A stretch of 20,000 nucleotides of DNA from Albugo candida (GCA_040437565.1 JBDOQK010000003.1:990877-1010876), one strand, 5' to 3'. Shown: positions 1-12,100, counted from the first letter of the stretch. Notes: generated by a model from the sequence alone, not told the origin. A program made the numbers and translations.

Positions 1-1210
1 GATCTGGAGCCGAGGGTGTATCAGAGGCTCCTAATTCGAAACATTATGGCTCCGTTGACCGAAACGTGGTCGATCTGTCGGGATCGTAGCAATCTTCCCC
101 GTACAGGAAAGACTTGCTTGCCGAAGGCGATTTGCTCGCATACCTTCCCAGCAGGTATCAATGCTTGGGGCACGTGAATGACGCAAAGTAAAGTCACTAC
201 GTCGACATAAGAACTCCTTTTGAGGAATTTGGTTCTCGAAAAGTATCGAGAAGGATGCCACACTTCTTGTTGTGGAGAGATTTCAAAATACTCTGAAGCT
301 CACTTTCCAGACCGACTCCAAAAACGTCTAGATACGTTATAAAGTCTCGTACTCTTCAAAGTAGTGCTTTTAACCCACAACGGTGACCGACTAGCCCTGC
401 AACTGTTAAATCGCGTCGGTGTACACAACCACCACTCTCAAATTATCCCAATCTGGCTACTAATCAAGAAAAATTCGAAATCCGGGTTACCTCAATCCCC
501 GATTCGGAATACGGACCAATGCCTCGCCCGTTTACAAATCATCGGAATTGCTTTCGCAATGTTGCCAGGCCGTGTGGCCTCGATTTCAGCAGCCACAATG
601 GATCAATCTGGATACTCTATGGCATAAAGTTCAGGTATTGCAGCAATATCTGAAACTTTCGGCTTTAGGAGCCCCATGAGGCATTGCGCTTTCGCTTTAG
701 CCTCGTCTTTGTGCAAGGACTCTTGCGACTTAATAATTCTTTCAGAGTGAGACGTTTGGTCTCGTCCACACTTGTTTGGCACCACCCTGTGACGAAGCAT
801 CGACCTTACCACATGTATCACCATTACCACCCCGAAACGTCACACTGGGGTAAGGGTACTTTTCACGTCATCAACACGGGTGATGACTCATCAACAATCA
901 TGCAATCACCCAAAAGCGGCTGACTCATCAGGGTTGTCACGTCACTACAAGTGGACGCTAAAACCCTTGGTTTTGTCGCTATGTCTGAAAAAATGTTTTT
1001 TTCGAGCTGAATCTACTAAATTGGCTAGTTACGTATCAGCTGGCAAATCGAGAAGTCACACCGTTCCTAAATATCAACGACTGTCATGGCGGTATGAGAG
1101 TATAACAGATCCGAGCAATAGACTTGATCATACGAATAGAACGGAGCCTATTATTGGTTGATACTGTATTCGATTTCTTCTAACTCGCTGCTATTGTTTT
1201 CGCGACTAAG

Positions 1211-1764
1211 ATGCGGAGCTCCCATTTCTTAGCGCTAATACTCACTAGATTGATGTCCATATATAGAATCGCACTAACTACGTTCGTACCAACGAAATTC
1301 GAGCTATTCCTTCTCTCAGTTTCTACGGGCATAGATCATGAAGCGTGTCACGAATGCCTCGTAAACTCTTTGGGATATGCAAAATTATACTTGCTTCAAG
1401 CGGAAGAAAAGACTTCGGCTTTACTGGGCTGGGATTTATTCAAACGTCTTGAGTTCGTTTATGTCTTGTTGTCACTGTGCCAAACGTTGCAATATACATG
1501 TCGTCCAGCCTACAAATAGCGATATTATTGAGCACAAAATGGCATTTTCTCAGCTCAGTACACGTCAGAGAAGTCATGAAAACACTGACGCGTTCGTTTT
1601 TCTCGTCGGTAGGCCCAATGTCACTTGAAGTGACAGTGGCAGGATCGTTTGCGTTAAGTACAGAGTGGAATCACAAGGTCTCAACATCAATGAGTGGAGA
1701 AGAATGTAGTATTCCACTCTTTTTCGAAACTATATTCTGCAACCATTACCAGGAGACTAAATGA
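1211..1764 (+). pseudogene. CCG/CHxC-class secreted effector pseudogene, copy A (frameshifted, internally deleted)
   Basis: Hydrophobic N-terminus (MRSSHFLALILTRLMSIYRIAL) is followed by DHEA-CHECLVNSLG at 1346-1375, an exact CHxC and CxxCxxxxxG motif. A +1 shift in the A-run at ~1407-1410 continues into LRLYWAG..LSSFMSCCHCAKRC (ORF 1377..1628). A second +1 shift at ~1595 continues into ORF 1477..1764. Colinear with 6131-6650. Confidence 0.8.
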
Positions 1765-3575
1765 TCCTAGCGAGCGTTTGTAAGATAAATAATTTGCTGC
1801 ACGAACAAGAGAACAGAACTTTGATGCAGAAATAGTTAGTGTGAATTTTTTGTTCCGAGTCGTGTTCCGAATACAGTAACGCTAGTTAGCCTATTCAGTA
1901 CGCTTTGGTATAAACTGTGTAATACGTATAACGCAATAGATAAATAGCTCGAGCATAATCATAACAAGCGACAACACGCCCATAGCGATGAATCGCGGAA
2001 AACTTCGCCAAGACTAGGGCCCAACGGTCCGTTATACAAGGATACGTTGTAGAAGACGCGATCTGAATGACTCAGATACAAGCGTGAAAGGTACCGAGCA
2101 TCTGTTTTCGCCAGAAATGCATCTGTTGCCACCGTTGGTCGCAGAGAGATCGCATTAACGAAAGCCGTCGTGAGAACGCGAGCAATCGAGAAACAGGGTC
2201 CATGTCGTATATCGGAAGCGTACTTAATACCATCCAAATGGATCTCTCGTGAGGGACGCAATGTGCCAATGTGAACAACTGATTAGGAAGCGTACTATTT
2301 GGAAGAAGAGTTCATTCAGGATGTACACTCAGTATTTTGAGCCTCTCTTTCCAAGTACAAGTCCAATGTGGCGACACGGATACTGCTCGAATGGTTACTC
2401 GATCCCCTCGTGGTATACGCATTTCCGTGGTACCTTTCGATGAGCACTTAGTCGTTTGAAAAACCTTTCTCATAGAAAGTTGAACGTTGCTCTCAGATAT
2501 GAATCAGGCGGAATTTCGACAAAACGCGGTTACCGACATTTCGCAAGAGGTCTGGATGGATCGGGGAGGAAAGCTTTTCTCACAATGTCGTACAATTTTG
2601 CAGGATCAAATAGTATTCGTAGCGTGTAAATGCGTTCTTTCAGGCACAGAAGCTACTAGAAATCCATTACATCGCTTTCGGAAGTCATTTGGCGTCTTGA
2701 GAAACATCATTCTCCTCTGTTTTGGGTACGCGCTTCATCGTTTGAGTCTCACATGATTCACGATACCAATCGTTGAAACCTCTTTGACGGCCAGGGATAC
2801 AGAACGAGTAAATAAAAGCTTCTAGTCGATAGCACCGCAACCGCTTCTCGCTAAGAATCGCATTCCCCATGCTCGACTCTCACCTCCTGGATGATTTGTT
2901 TGCGTTTTTGTCAGTTTCGAAACAAGTCGTCTATATATGGCCGAGAGTTTGATCACCTTACGCGATATTTTCGCTTGTAAAGAGATGTAAATTAAACGAT
3001 CCTTCTTCACGAGATGCACGTTGTCCACAAACGCGTCCATGTCGAATTTTTTCTTGGAATCGTCTATTTTCACTCGCCATCTTTCTGCTTTTCCAAGATT
3101 GTGCTCAGATCTATAGGCTCTATGATCACGCGGCTGGTGTAGAAATCCGGATACATGGACGCACCGACCGGCTGATTGGACTCTGTCACACCCTCGACCA
3201 TCATTCCCTCAGATTGACCGTGATTAATCATGTGAGTAGCTATATGAATGGACTTAAGACCTCTTCGGATTGGAGAGGATGAAGCAAGAGGATGCAAGCT
3301 CGTGGAGCTATTTTTGAGACTAATGGTTTCCTTGTCGTCAAAAGGAGGTCATTCTTCACTCAAATTTTTTTCTTAGTGCTACGATTTCTCACTACATTCA
3401 TATACGTTCTTAATCGATGCAATCAGAGCGTCATGCCCATTTGACCGCAAGGATGAAATCTGCTGAATCGATTCAACTTGCTCTGAAGTGACTTTAAGGG
3501 CGTCGCTGGGATCTTTAATAGATATACCGCTTTATTCAGCGACTGTACCATAAAAGCACTCTTACAGCCGTAGAG
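1765..3575 (-). pseudogene. Bromodomain-PHD pseudogene fragment, copy A (3' half only)
   Basis: SNQPVGASMYPDFY..IIEPIDLSTILEK and FDMDAFVDNVHLVKK (bromodomain, ~3180-2920), plus decayed PHD LRCYRLEAFIYSFC..WYRESC (~2870-2750). Nucleotide-colinear with 8290-10640. Homology stops abruptly after ctcttacagccgtagaga (~3575, matching ~10640). Confidence 0.7.
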
Positions 3576-3967
3576 AAAAGTAGAATTGCTGAGATGTATT
3601 ATGAATCGAATCAAGTGCTCAGTTATCTTTTCACAAGGTACGCCTCGGAGTTGTAGCAGCATGTACATCTATAAAAAGACCAGTGTTCGTGGAACGCTGG
3701 AGTAGAGTAGCTATTCTCTTTATGCGAAGAATTTGATCGAGTACACAATCTGGGAAATGGAACTAGGAATGGATGTAAATGGGATATTTGTTATCGGTGC
3801 TACGATTTTTTTTCTGTCTCTTTACTAACAGCCAAAGCTTGGAGACGCGTAGCTTCTGGAGAGACGAAATTATGTATACGATACACACGTCATGTATCCA
3901 CTCACAAATTGTGATATTAAGCATTTGACGAAAGTGTACTCGTGGAGGCATAATGTGTGGAAATGTA

Positions 3968-4008
3968 GACCATGTGAGCGATTCAGCTTGGACCATGTGA
4001 GCGGTTCA
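3968..4008. repeat. Short direct repeat (18 bp x2, period 23)
   Basis: gaccatgtgagcgattca (3968-3985) and gaccatgtgagcggttca (3991-4008), 1 mismatch. Confidence 0.85.
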
Positions 4009-6052
4009 CCATACCGCTATTTTTCTTCTTGTTGGCACGTTTCTTGCAAATCGATGGGCGTAGCGAAGATTGTACCCCAGTGGCACAGAAGCCAACCTTG
4101 CACCATGGCCACTTCCTCTGTCTGATCTGTTCCATTGCTTTTTTATCATCAAGCCCTTTTGCTGCCTCCCCCCTGAATAAAAGTGACAAAATAAATCAAA
4201 GAATTTGACGAATTTTGATCACCGCAGATCATTTCATATGTCGATTGAAGTGTGTTGCCAATAGGCCAATGTACCTGATACCTACAATATATGTAAATCG
4301 AAGGTACGGTTCTACATGGTCCGACATGGAAAGGAGGGTTTTGAGTGTTCACTACATCCGTCTGCAGCACGAATATCACTAATTGATTTAGAATGTCGAC
4401 TCAAGTGATAGTCCCATTTCTTACGTGCTACTGAACACTGAGACATAGAACCAGTATTCTCCTCTAGACGTTGAGCTCGGCGGGAGCGTTGATTGGTGAT
4501 CAATTCTTCATTTAGTTTGTAATGGAGAGCATGTATGGCAGTATGTGGTTTGTCACTCGGTGCAAATTAAGAATGTCTGAATCTTTATCGGAATGAACAG
4601 CTGAACGTCGTTAGTTTATTCTACGAACATGACTATGTCTTGATAATGAATTTTTGATCTGCTGAACAAAATGCATGACTTTCTGTGTTTCGTTTGTTGA
4701 TGGGTGCTGTCTTGATTTTATGCACATTTAAAGTATCAGTCCTGAGAGAAAAAACGTTCATCGTTTGATGGCGACGTACGAAGAGCTATCAGAATTTGAA
4801 TTTCTTGATATCTTTGAAAATCTTGTGTACTCGCAAACCTGCCGTATTGTCAAGTGAGACCTTTTCCACCAGTACAGTTACATTACTGCCGTTTTGATTG
4901 GATCAGTTGTCGAACAATCAGTATCGTCATACACTATGAAGGAAATCAATAAGCTTTTTCTAATCGCTTGTAATCTCTTGTAAAGCCAAAATCAAGTCTT
5001 AGTGGGACTCATAAGAGCATATTCTTTTACAGGGCTGAATCCGGAATCATTCCGGGTACTTTATCCTTTCATACAGCATTTTCTTTCATGCAGTTAGTGG
5101 ATTGAATGATTCACAACTTTCCAAAACAAGCGAAATCGGGCAACTTGCGATGCAACTGGGATGGTATTGTGTCGCCACTTATATGCTCGCACCATCCATC
5201 TTCTTCAGTATCAATAAATCAATCTATTCATGTCTTAACTGTATGGGCGAGGGTCATATGTATGAACCGACTACCGCCATATCAATTAAGCATACATTTT
5301 GCGATGTTGTCTTGAGATTCGTGATCAAGTGCCCCTAGAAACCAACAAAAAATATTAGAAAACCCATGCAATCATACAAACGTAGATGGTAGAAGTTATA
5401 GACATTAAAGTGATTATGATCAACTCCTTGAAGCAGTAGAAAAAGAGTATAGCGGTAAAGAGGGAGGGTGGACGCACGAGCAAGATTTCATCGAATATAA
5501 GACTCCTATGTGGCTTGTTTCCATCAACATCTGGTACTGGATAGGTTCCTATTCAAATTAGGGTGCAAAGGGTGCTATCTGTACGTGTTGGTTACGATGA
5601 ATGCAATTTCGTGCAGAAAATCTAGACTAGTGCTAGGATGATAAGTGATGTCAGCGAAAACGAGTCATTGTTTGAGTAGAAGAGTCACGATACTCTGCCA
5701 ATGCATACATCGGCATACGTTGAATGCTACTCCTGAGTGCTAGGCTAGAGCACAAGATGTTTGTCGAACAGACCGTCTACTTCTCTTAATTGAGTAGGGA
5801 TTTGGGAATAATTGGATCCAATATCAAAGCTCAGTCAGATGCACCCTGCCGACAGAAATGCAAATTTTGCAAAACTCGAAATACTATGTTCTTGATGTAT
5901 GTATTCTAGATACATTCTTTGTGGGACAACACTTCATCTGATAATAGTATGTACGCATCAGTTCGTACGATTTCATGTATCCTCAATATTAATAGTAAGC
6001 GTGCAGGGCTGATTATATCCTACGGTAGCATTACCTTACCAAAAGCTGAAGT

Positions 6053-6105
6053 CTATGATTGGTCAATAAAAATTCTGCTCTCTCGTACGTCATTCGTAGT
6101 ATTGC
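6053..6105 (+). promoter_or_regulatory. Putative oomycete core promoter of CCG copy B: reverse CCAAT box (TGATTGG) and Inr-like TCATTC
   Basis: ATTGG at 6058-6062 is conserved at the homologous position upstream of copy A (1153-1157). TCATTC at 6090-6095 lies ~40 nt before the ATG and resembles the oomycete initiator consensus. Confidence 0.4.
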
Positions 6106-6130
6106 CCGCAAATACACACTGAATTTGAAT

Positions 6131-8165
6131 ATGCCGATTTCCAGTTTGAGCGCATTACTTCTCACTGGGCTGATGGCTATGAATAAAATCGCACTACCTA
6201 GCTACGTACGAACGGAGTCCGGGCTGTTCCACCTCTCTGTTTTCCACGAGTGTAGATCATGCACTGTGCCACCAATGCCTGGTAAACTCGTTGGGATGTG
6301 CAAAATTATATTTGCTACAAGTGGAAGAAAAATTGCGAGTTTAATGGGTAGAGGGTCGTTCAGATATCTTAAGTTCGTTTTTGTCCTATTGCCACGAAAA
6401 AGCTCGTTGCACATTACGTGTCCTTCAGTCAACGAATGACGATATTGTTGAGCCCAAAATGGCAATTTCTCAGAATAGTACACGTCAGAGAAGTTTCGAG
6501 AACAATGAGACGGCGCTTTTCTCGTTGGTAGACTTGATGTCATTTGAAGTGATATTGTTGAGGCGGTTCGTGCTGGACAGAGACTGGAAACACGATTTCT
6601 CAACATTGATGCTTAAAAAAGGTGGCATTCCAGTCTTTTCCGGAATAGATATAAATATAGAAGCTCGTACGAATAAAAAAACGTTATTCTTGAACCAGTC
6701 CCAGAGAAAGATTTGGAAAGAAACATGCAGAACCCGGAAGGCGACTCATCAATCAAATGCATGATCATCCCTGGTATTTCAAGTGATGCTGTATGCCGAG
6801 AATGCTTAGCTATGCACAGTAAATGGTTCGCTGTTCGAAGCTACTTATTATCCTATGTTTCAAGGCGACATTCAGCCGAGGTCCTCGTATTTCCCAGCGA
6901 TTACGCATCATCCGACGTAGTAACTAATTGCCGAAAGAAGTTATGTTTGAATGTATTCAGTTGGGATCTGAGTGACTGCCAAGTCATGGACTCAATATTT
7001 TCAAGGCATCGCAAATTGCTGGAAGTGCATCAAAAGACGTGTGGGTTGAATGGAGAGCATCAGATCTGTAATGAGAATACGATGGATTTGAATAGAATAA
7101 GACAGGTACTTGATGTAATTGCATTGGAAAGAATGCATAGAGCTAGCAGAAGTTCTGAACCTCTTCACGCTCCATTCGCTTTTTCGAATACACTGAAAAT
7201 GTTGCGTACCAAAGAGACCCTTTGTATAAATACTACTCTACGTAGAGACAAAAAATGGAAATGTATTGAATGTATCCTCAAAGATGCGGGAGGTGCTCGG
7301 CTGGTAATTGTTTCGTCTTTGCGGTATGCAATGATTCTAACGTCTGACATCAAAAGAAGATTGGAATGTTCCATGTGCGGTAATACGATTCTGGAAGATT
7401 CAGGAAGGTGTCACCAGTACCGTGATGAGTCTGTCGTGAACATAGAGACATATCCGAAGCCGTCTGATAATGAGGTGCTTGATGAACGGATGAACAATTG
7501 TATTGTTTTTTTACTACGCGTTGGATCGTCGAGTCCGTTGTCTTCAATAAATGAAAAATGCTTTTTCAACAACAAAAGTCCCTTATGTCCTCACTAAAAC
7601 GTCATCGCTAGTTGACACTTCAAAAGTTGGCTCATTACCAGCAGGGTCATTACAAGAGCTTTTGGCATGTCATGATCATACCAAATGCGCCCGGCTACAA
7701 AAGGTCCCCTATCATTTCTGTTCTGAACATGCAGCTTTCTTATCAGTAAATACATTTGAATCGGTTGGACGAGATGCTACCATGACGTATACACAGATAG
7801 AGACTCCAGTGGGTATTTGGCCTCCTCAGAAGCATTATGTCCTCATGTCGCATTCCAAATCAGGACGTGTGCCAAACTTATTTCCCTTGTATTCTAATAG
7901 ACTTGCCTTGGTACAGTTTGAATATGTGAGGTCTACATTTAAAGATTGTGCAAAATGTCTTCTTGAGCACATCGAAGTATTATTCGCTTACAACGCCGAC
8001 TATACGTCTGCTGGGTATGTTTGGATGCGTCCAACACCGTCTAATATTCTTCGGAATTGTGTTGGAAAACATTGCTCAAGTCTAAGCTATGATGGTGACC
8101 GAAAACAACTTGAGCGTCCTGTTGGCATCCGACAGCTAACAAGATCGGATATCTGCATGTCCTGA
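6131..8165 (+). pseudogene. CCG/CHxC-class secreted effector pseudogene, copy B (near full length, ~670 codons, several Cys-pair modules)
   Basis: ATG at 6131 starts MPISSLSALLLTGLMAM. After a +1 T at ~6240 the frame reads DHAL-CHQCLVNSLG (6267-6296). In-frame TAA at 6342 aligns with TAC (Tyr) in copy A. It continues through ORFs 6381..6764, 6713..7597 and 7551..8165, joined by shifts probably at the A7 run (~6675) and T7 run (~7506). Internal modules: CRECL, CIECILKDAG (second CxxCxxxxxG), CAKCLLEH..GYVW..C..KHC. Confidence 0.8.
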
Positions 8166-8647
8166 CACGTTTTTGAACTGAACCGTGATGAAGGACGAAA
8201 AAATGTAGCAGTTGATTCTACAAGCAAATACGTCTACATTTCCTTCATGCAAATTCTTCGGGCGAAGTTACTGGAACAAAATGATTTTAGCTAGCCTTTC
8301 AGATCTGAGTCATTTTCTGCAGGAATAAAGAAACAACGTTTTTGATACTGGATCAGTTTGACTTTTCGCAGCGTGAGTGCCGAATAACTGCAACGTTAGC
8401 TACACTATTCAACACGCTTTAGTGTATACTGTATCAACTGTATGACTCAATGGATGCATTGCCAAACATAATCATAACAAGCAAGAACATACCCATACCC
8501 ATGATCCCAGAAAATATCCCGAAGACCAGGTCGAATGGTCCGTTACCGAACGATACGATGAAGAAAACGCGATTTGAAGCGCTCAGGCACCGGCCTGGAA
8601 TGTACCGAGGATCTGGTTTTGCTCTCGCCAAAGGTGGATCTGTTGTC

Positions 8648-9120
8648 AAACAAAACCCATTGATCGTGAAACGATTAGCCAGAAACCATTCTCGAACGCA
8701 TTCATTTTTCGGGTTTCTTGCGTACAATCGTATCATTTATGCTTCAAAGTATGTCATTTGGAAAAATCTGACGGAAAGTAGATGCGAAAGTCATGTGGTC
8801 ATTATCTCGTTCCACGATCTGGTTACAAATGGAAACGCTTGTGCTGTATCGACTTTGATTCCGATCTGGTTACAAATGGAAACGCTTGTGCTGTATCGAC
8901 TTTGATTCCGGGCTAACAACAAACAATTGGCTCTCCTCCCGCACCCAAACTTCACCCAACCGAAAGCTTTGCGGCTGATGCCCGCTCCCCACCCACTTCC
9001 GCCCAACGGAATATCTGCACGTAATGGGGGAATGTAAAAGGGATAGATGACGCCGCCGGTCAGCAGAGGTAAGGGGTCTCGGTCTAGCGGGTCTAGAGGG
9101 TCTAGTCGGCCGAGGTTTTT
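8648..9120. mobile_element. ~470 bp insertion in the bromodomain-PHD gene copy B (unclassified, non-autonomous-element-like)
   Basis: Flanks align to 2100-2130 and 2165-2200 of copy A, where only ~35 bp separate them. The insert contains the 47 bp duplication, a C-rich tract and (g)ggtctag x3 at ~9080-9105. Confidence 0.5.
8815..8910. repeat. Perfect 47 bp tandem duplication
   Basis: cgatctggttacaaatggaaacgcttgtgctgtatcgactttgattc at 8815-8861 and 8862-8908, identical. Confidence 0.95.
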
Positions 9121-12100
9121 GACGTCGCAAGAACGCGAACAATCGAGAAACAGGCGTCGATGACGCACTTAGAACCGTAGTTGCTACGATCCAAATGAAT
9201 TTCTAAAAGGAATGCATTGTGCCGATATAAACAATTGCCGTGGAAGCAACATATTTGGAAGGAGTTCATTCGGGCTGTGCGACCAGTAACTGTGAGACCA
9301 TTTCTCCACATGCAAGCGCAGTGTGTCGACAATGGTTAATCCCGTGGCCGCAGAGAATTCTTTGACGAAGATTACACGCATCATGAAGAGTGATGCACTT
9401 TTTGTAAAACAGCTGACAATTGCTGGACCAACGAAGGAGTTGGAAGTGCGTCCAAGAGTCAAAATGGAGCGTTGATACTTTTCGAGGGGTTCTACGATGA
9501 CATAGCAGAAATGGCATTTTCGGGCGGTCGGCTGCATCGTTTCTTAATACAAATCGCCACACATTTCGATAAGCGTTTGCTCGTTTAGACAGCATCTTCT
9601 CGACGAGAATTGAAACTTTGCAGGTGAAACGTTGCACTCAGATTTCAAATGAGGGGGAAATTTCACAGAAATTGGTTTCAGACAGCACGCAGGAGGTCCA
9701 AACGTGTCGGAGAAGAAGGATTTATACGCGATATCGTAACTTTCCACTGAATGGAGTCCATAGAGACGTTTGTGGCGGCATCCAATCGCTCTTTCCGCGA
9801 ACATATTATGGTCTCCTGGATCGATTGATGCATACTTCGTACCCCGGAATCGAACCAAATGACAAGATCTTGCATGAACCACAATACCAATCCATCGGAG
9901 CGTATTTGACGGCCGGGTGGCGACAGAACGAGTGGAAAGGAGCGTCACATCGATAACACCGCACCAGCTTCTCGTTGCACAATCGCATTCCACATGCTCG
10001 AAACTGATCCTTTGATTGAATTCATTGCGTTTCTATCAGTTCCCGAAAAAATCGATCAAATTTGGCCGAGAGTCTAGTCACCATACGCGAGATTTCTGCG
10101 TGCATAGAGTTGTACTACAAACATTCTTCTTCACGAGATGAACGTCGTCCACAAACGCGTCCATGTCGAATTCCTGCTTGGAATCGTCGATTGTGTACTC
10201 GCTATCTTCCAGCTTTTCCAAAAGTATGCTCAGATACATGGGCTCTGTGATCATACCGCTGGTGTAGTAATCCGGATACATGGACGCATCGACCGGCTGA
10301 TTAAATGGACTTGCGACCTCTTTGGATCGGACAAGACGAAAGAACTGCACGCAGGCTCGTGTTGTGGAGCTGTCACTAAGAGTAATGGTTTCCTGATCAT
10401 CAAAAAGAGACCATTCTTTACTCAGTAAAAGATCATAGGGCTCCGATTTCTCACTACATTCATATACGTTCCCAATCGACGCATTTCAAGCGTCTTGAAA
10501 AAATTGACCACAAGGATGAATTCTGTTTAAATCGATTTGACTGAATATTAAATGAATTTAAGGGCGCCGTTGGAATCTTTTGTTAACTGTACCACGTTCT
10601 TTAGATGCTGTACCATCACAACACTCTTACAGCCATAGAGATTCTCGTGTGAGATTTCTTTGTAATTCGATGTGGTTGATTGACCCCAAAGCAATTGTGG
10701 CCGCGTCTTTCGAGGTCTGTCGCATGACTGACGCAAAATTCTCATCTCGAAACGATTTGATACCACGTAGCGCTTTGAGTGATGCGTCTTCAAAGTGTTT
10801 TTCCATTACTAAAACATAACTGTGCGAGCGATTTCCGGGCCGCAGCATCAAATTCAGGGCCGCGAGCGATTGCAATCCATAGGAGCAATGCCAGTTTGAA
10901 TATGTGGATAGTATTCTGCCAGCAAATATTCCAACACAGCGCATGGAAGGCAAAGTACTGGTCAACCAAACTCATTTTCTCAATCGTCGAGTCACCCGTA
11001 GATCTGGAACCGTCCTGCAGGAAGAGAGCTGAGGCGATTAAGTGAAGCGAAGGCATTAGAACGAGCCCAAGATGATCGAAAGAATGTTGATAATGTGTCC
11101 CAAATGAAGAGCACATCCATATGCAATGTGTCTGGAAAACGATTGCTTCATCACAGCTCATAAAGCGCTCAGGAAATGTGGTCGCGTCCGCCATCAGCTT
11201 GTACATTCGATTATGTTCGTTGTCGCACGCAATCGGTGCCATGGAAGGAGCATTCATTTCGTAATACGTTTGTGCGAGGAGTTTTAGCAGAACAAAGTCC
11301 CAAGTCCTTGATTCTAGACGACGACAAGCATTCAACTCGTGTTCACGCTCTTGAGTGCGTTGACCAACATTAAGTTTCGCTTTTACCGCACCCGTCGTGT
11401 TTTTTTAAAAAGTTTGGCATCGTAACCCGTTTCTTGTTGGCTTATTCTTTTGCGAGCTGTTTTCTAGCCCGTTTTCTTCTTCTCGAAGCAATTTACGCAT
11501 TTCCTTTTATTCTCCACACATGAGGTTTTCCTCCTCTTTGGCCCTTCGGATTTCGGTTCTTTTTCGTATGATTTTCATTTAGATGGCTTCTTACTTTGGT
11601 CAAAAAGAAGCCGTTTTGTCTTTGAATTGCTTTTGCTGCTGGTCAATCGTTATGTGGATCTTTGGCTCATTTCGGTCTTCAATGTAAAGCACTCTGTCCT
11701 GAGACTTGGAGAGGTGAATTTGCTTTGCCAGGACGCTTTCTTGAGCTTTCTTTGCTTGGATGAAAGAGCGTGACTTTTCATGACCTTTGAGTTGCGTTGA
11801 AAGCTGTTTCTTCAGTCGAATTCGGCTACGTTCAAACCTGGAGAGTTTGACAGGATGCCACTTTTACCAGAATTGGTAAAAGGATTATGCGAGCACTGAG
11901 CCGATACCTGCAATAGCTTGTGTTATCTGTCGTCGTGATAGCCTCAAGTCATCTTCCATGCTTTCTGGTGCGAGCACGATGCAATTTGCTTGCCTCATGT
12001 CTTGACTATCCTGAAGAAGCTGTACATATGTCGATTGTAGCCTATGGAAATGATCGACAGCTTCTTTCCACGCTATCGAAAGCACATTTGACTGGAATAT

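Larger units (their letters stand above)
1145..3575. repeat. Segmental tandem duplication, unit A (paralog of ~6045-10640)
   Basis: Visible nucleotide identity, e.g. 1521-1580 vs 6441-6500 = 50/60 matches; 3020-3065 aligns with 10145-10190; 3370-3420 aligns with 10445-10485. Confidence 0.9.
6045..10640. repeat. Segmental tandem duplication, unit B (paralog of ~1145-3575)
   Basis: Same gene order and orientation as unit A (CCG on +, bromodomain-PHD on -). Carries ~1.6 kb of CCG sequence and a ~470 bp insert that are absent from unit A. Confidence 0.9.

Noticed and set aside
1-830. Minus-strand coding relic; VRSMLRH resembles copia integrase
   Set aside because: No adjacent integrase motifs (ERxNRT, WAEA, TPYE) could be read, so it is left unassigned.
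5102-5338. CLNCMGEGH as a gag zinc knuckle or CCG motif
   Set aside because: Lacks the last Cys of CX2CX4HX4C, has wrong spacing for CxxCxxxxxG, and has no supporting context.
3600-6000. Spacer between the cassette copies, with short ORFs on both strands
   Set aside because: No recognisable domain or repeat structure apart from one 18-bp direct repeat. Needs a BLASTx search.
6059-6439. 126-aa ORF with HECRSC as a standalone gene
   Set aside because: It is a frameshift chimera of CCG copy B. Synonymous-change patterns against copy A show the true frame is CHQCLVNSLG and LSSFLSYCHEKARC.
8450-8905. 151-aa + strand ORF
   Set aside because: It is antisense to the chromatin-reader pseudogene, runs into the insert and 47-bp repeat, and is not open in copy A.
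8815-8910. CRISPR-like repeat
   Set aside because: Only two adjacent units with no spacer, no cas genes, and a eukaryotic context.
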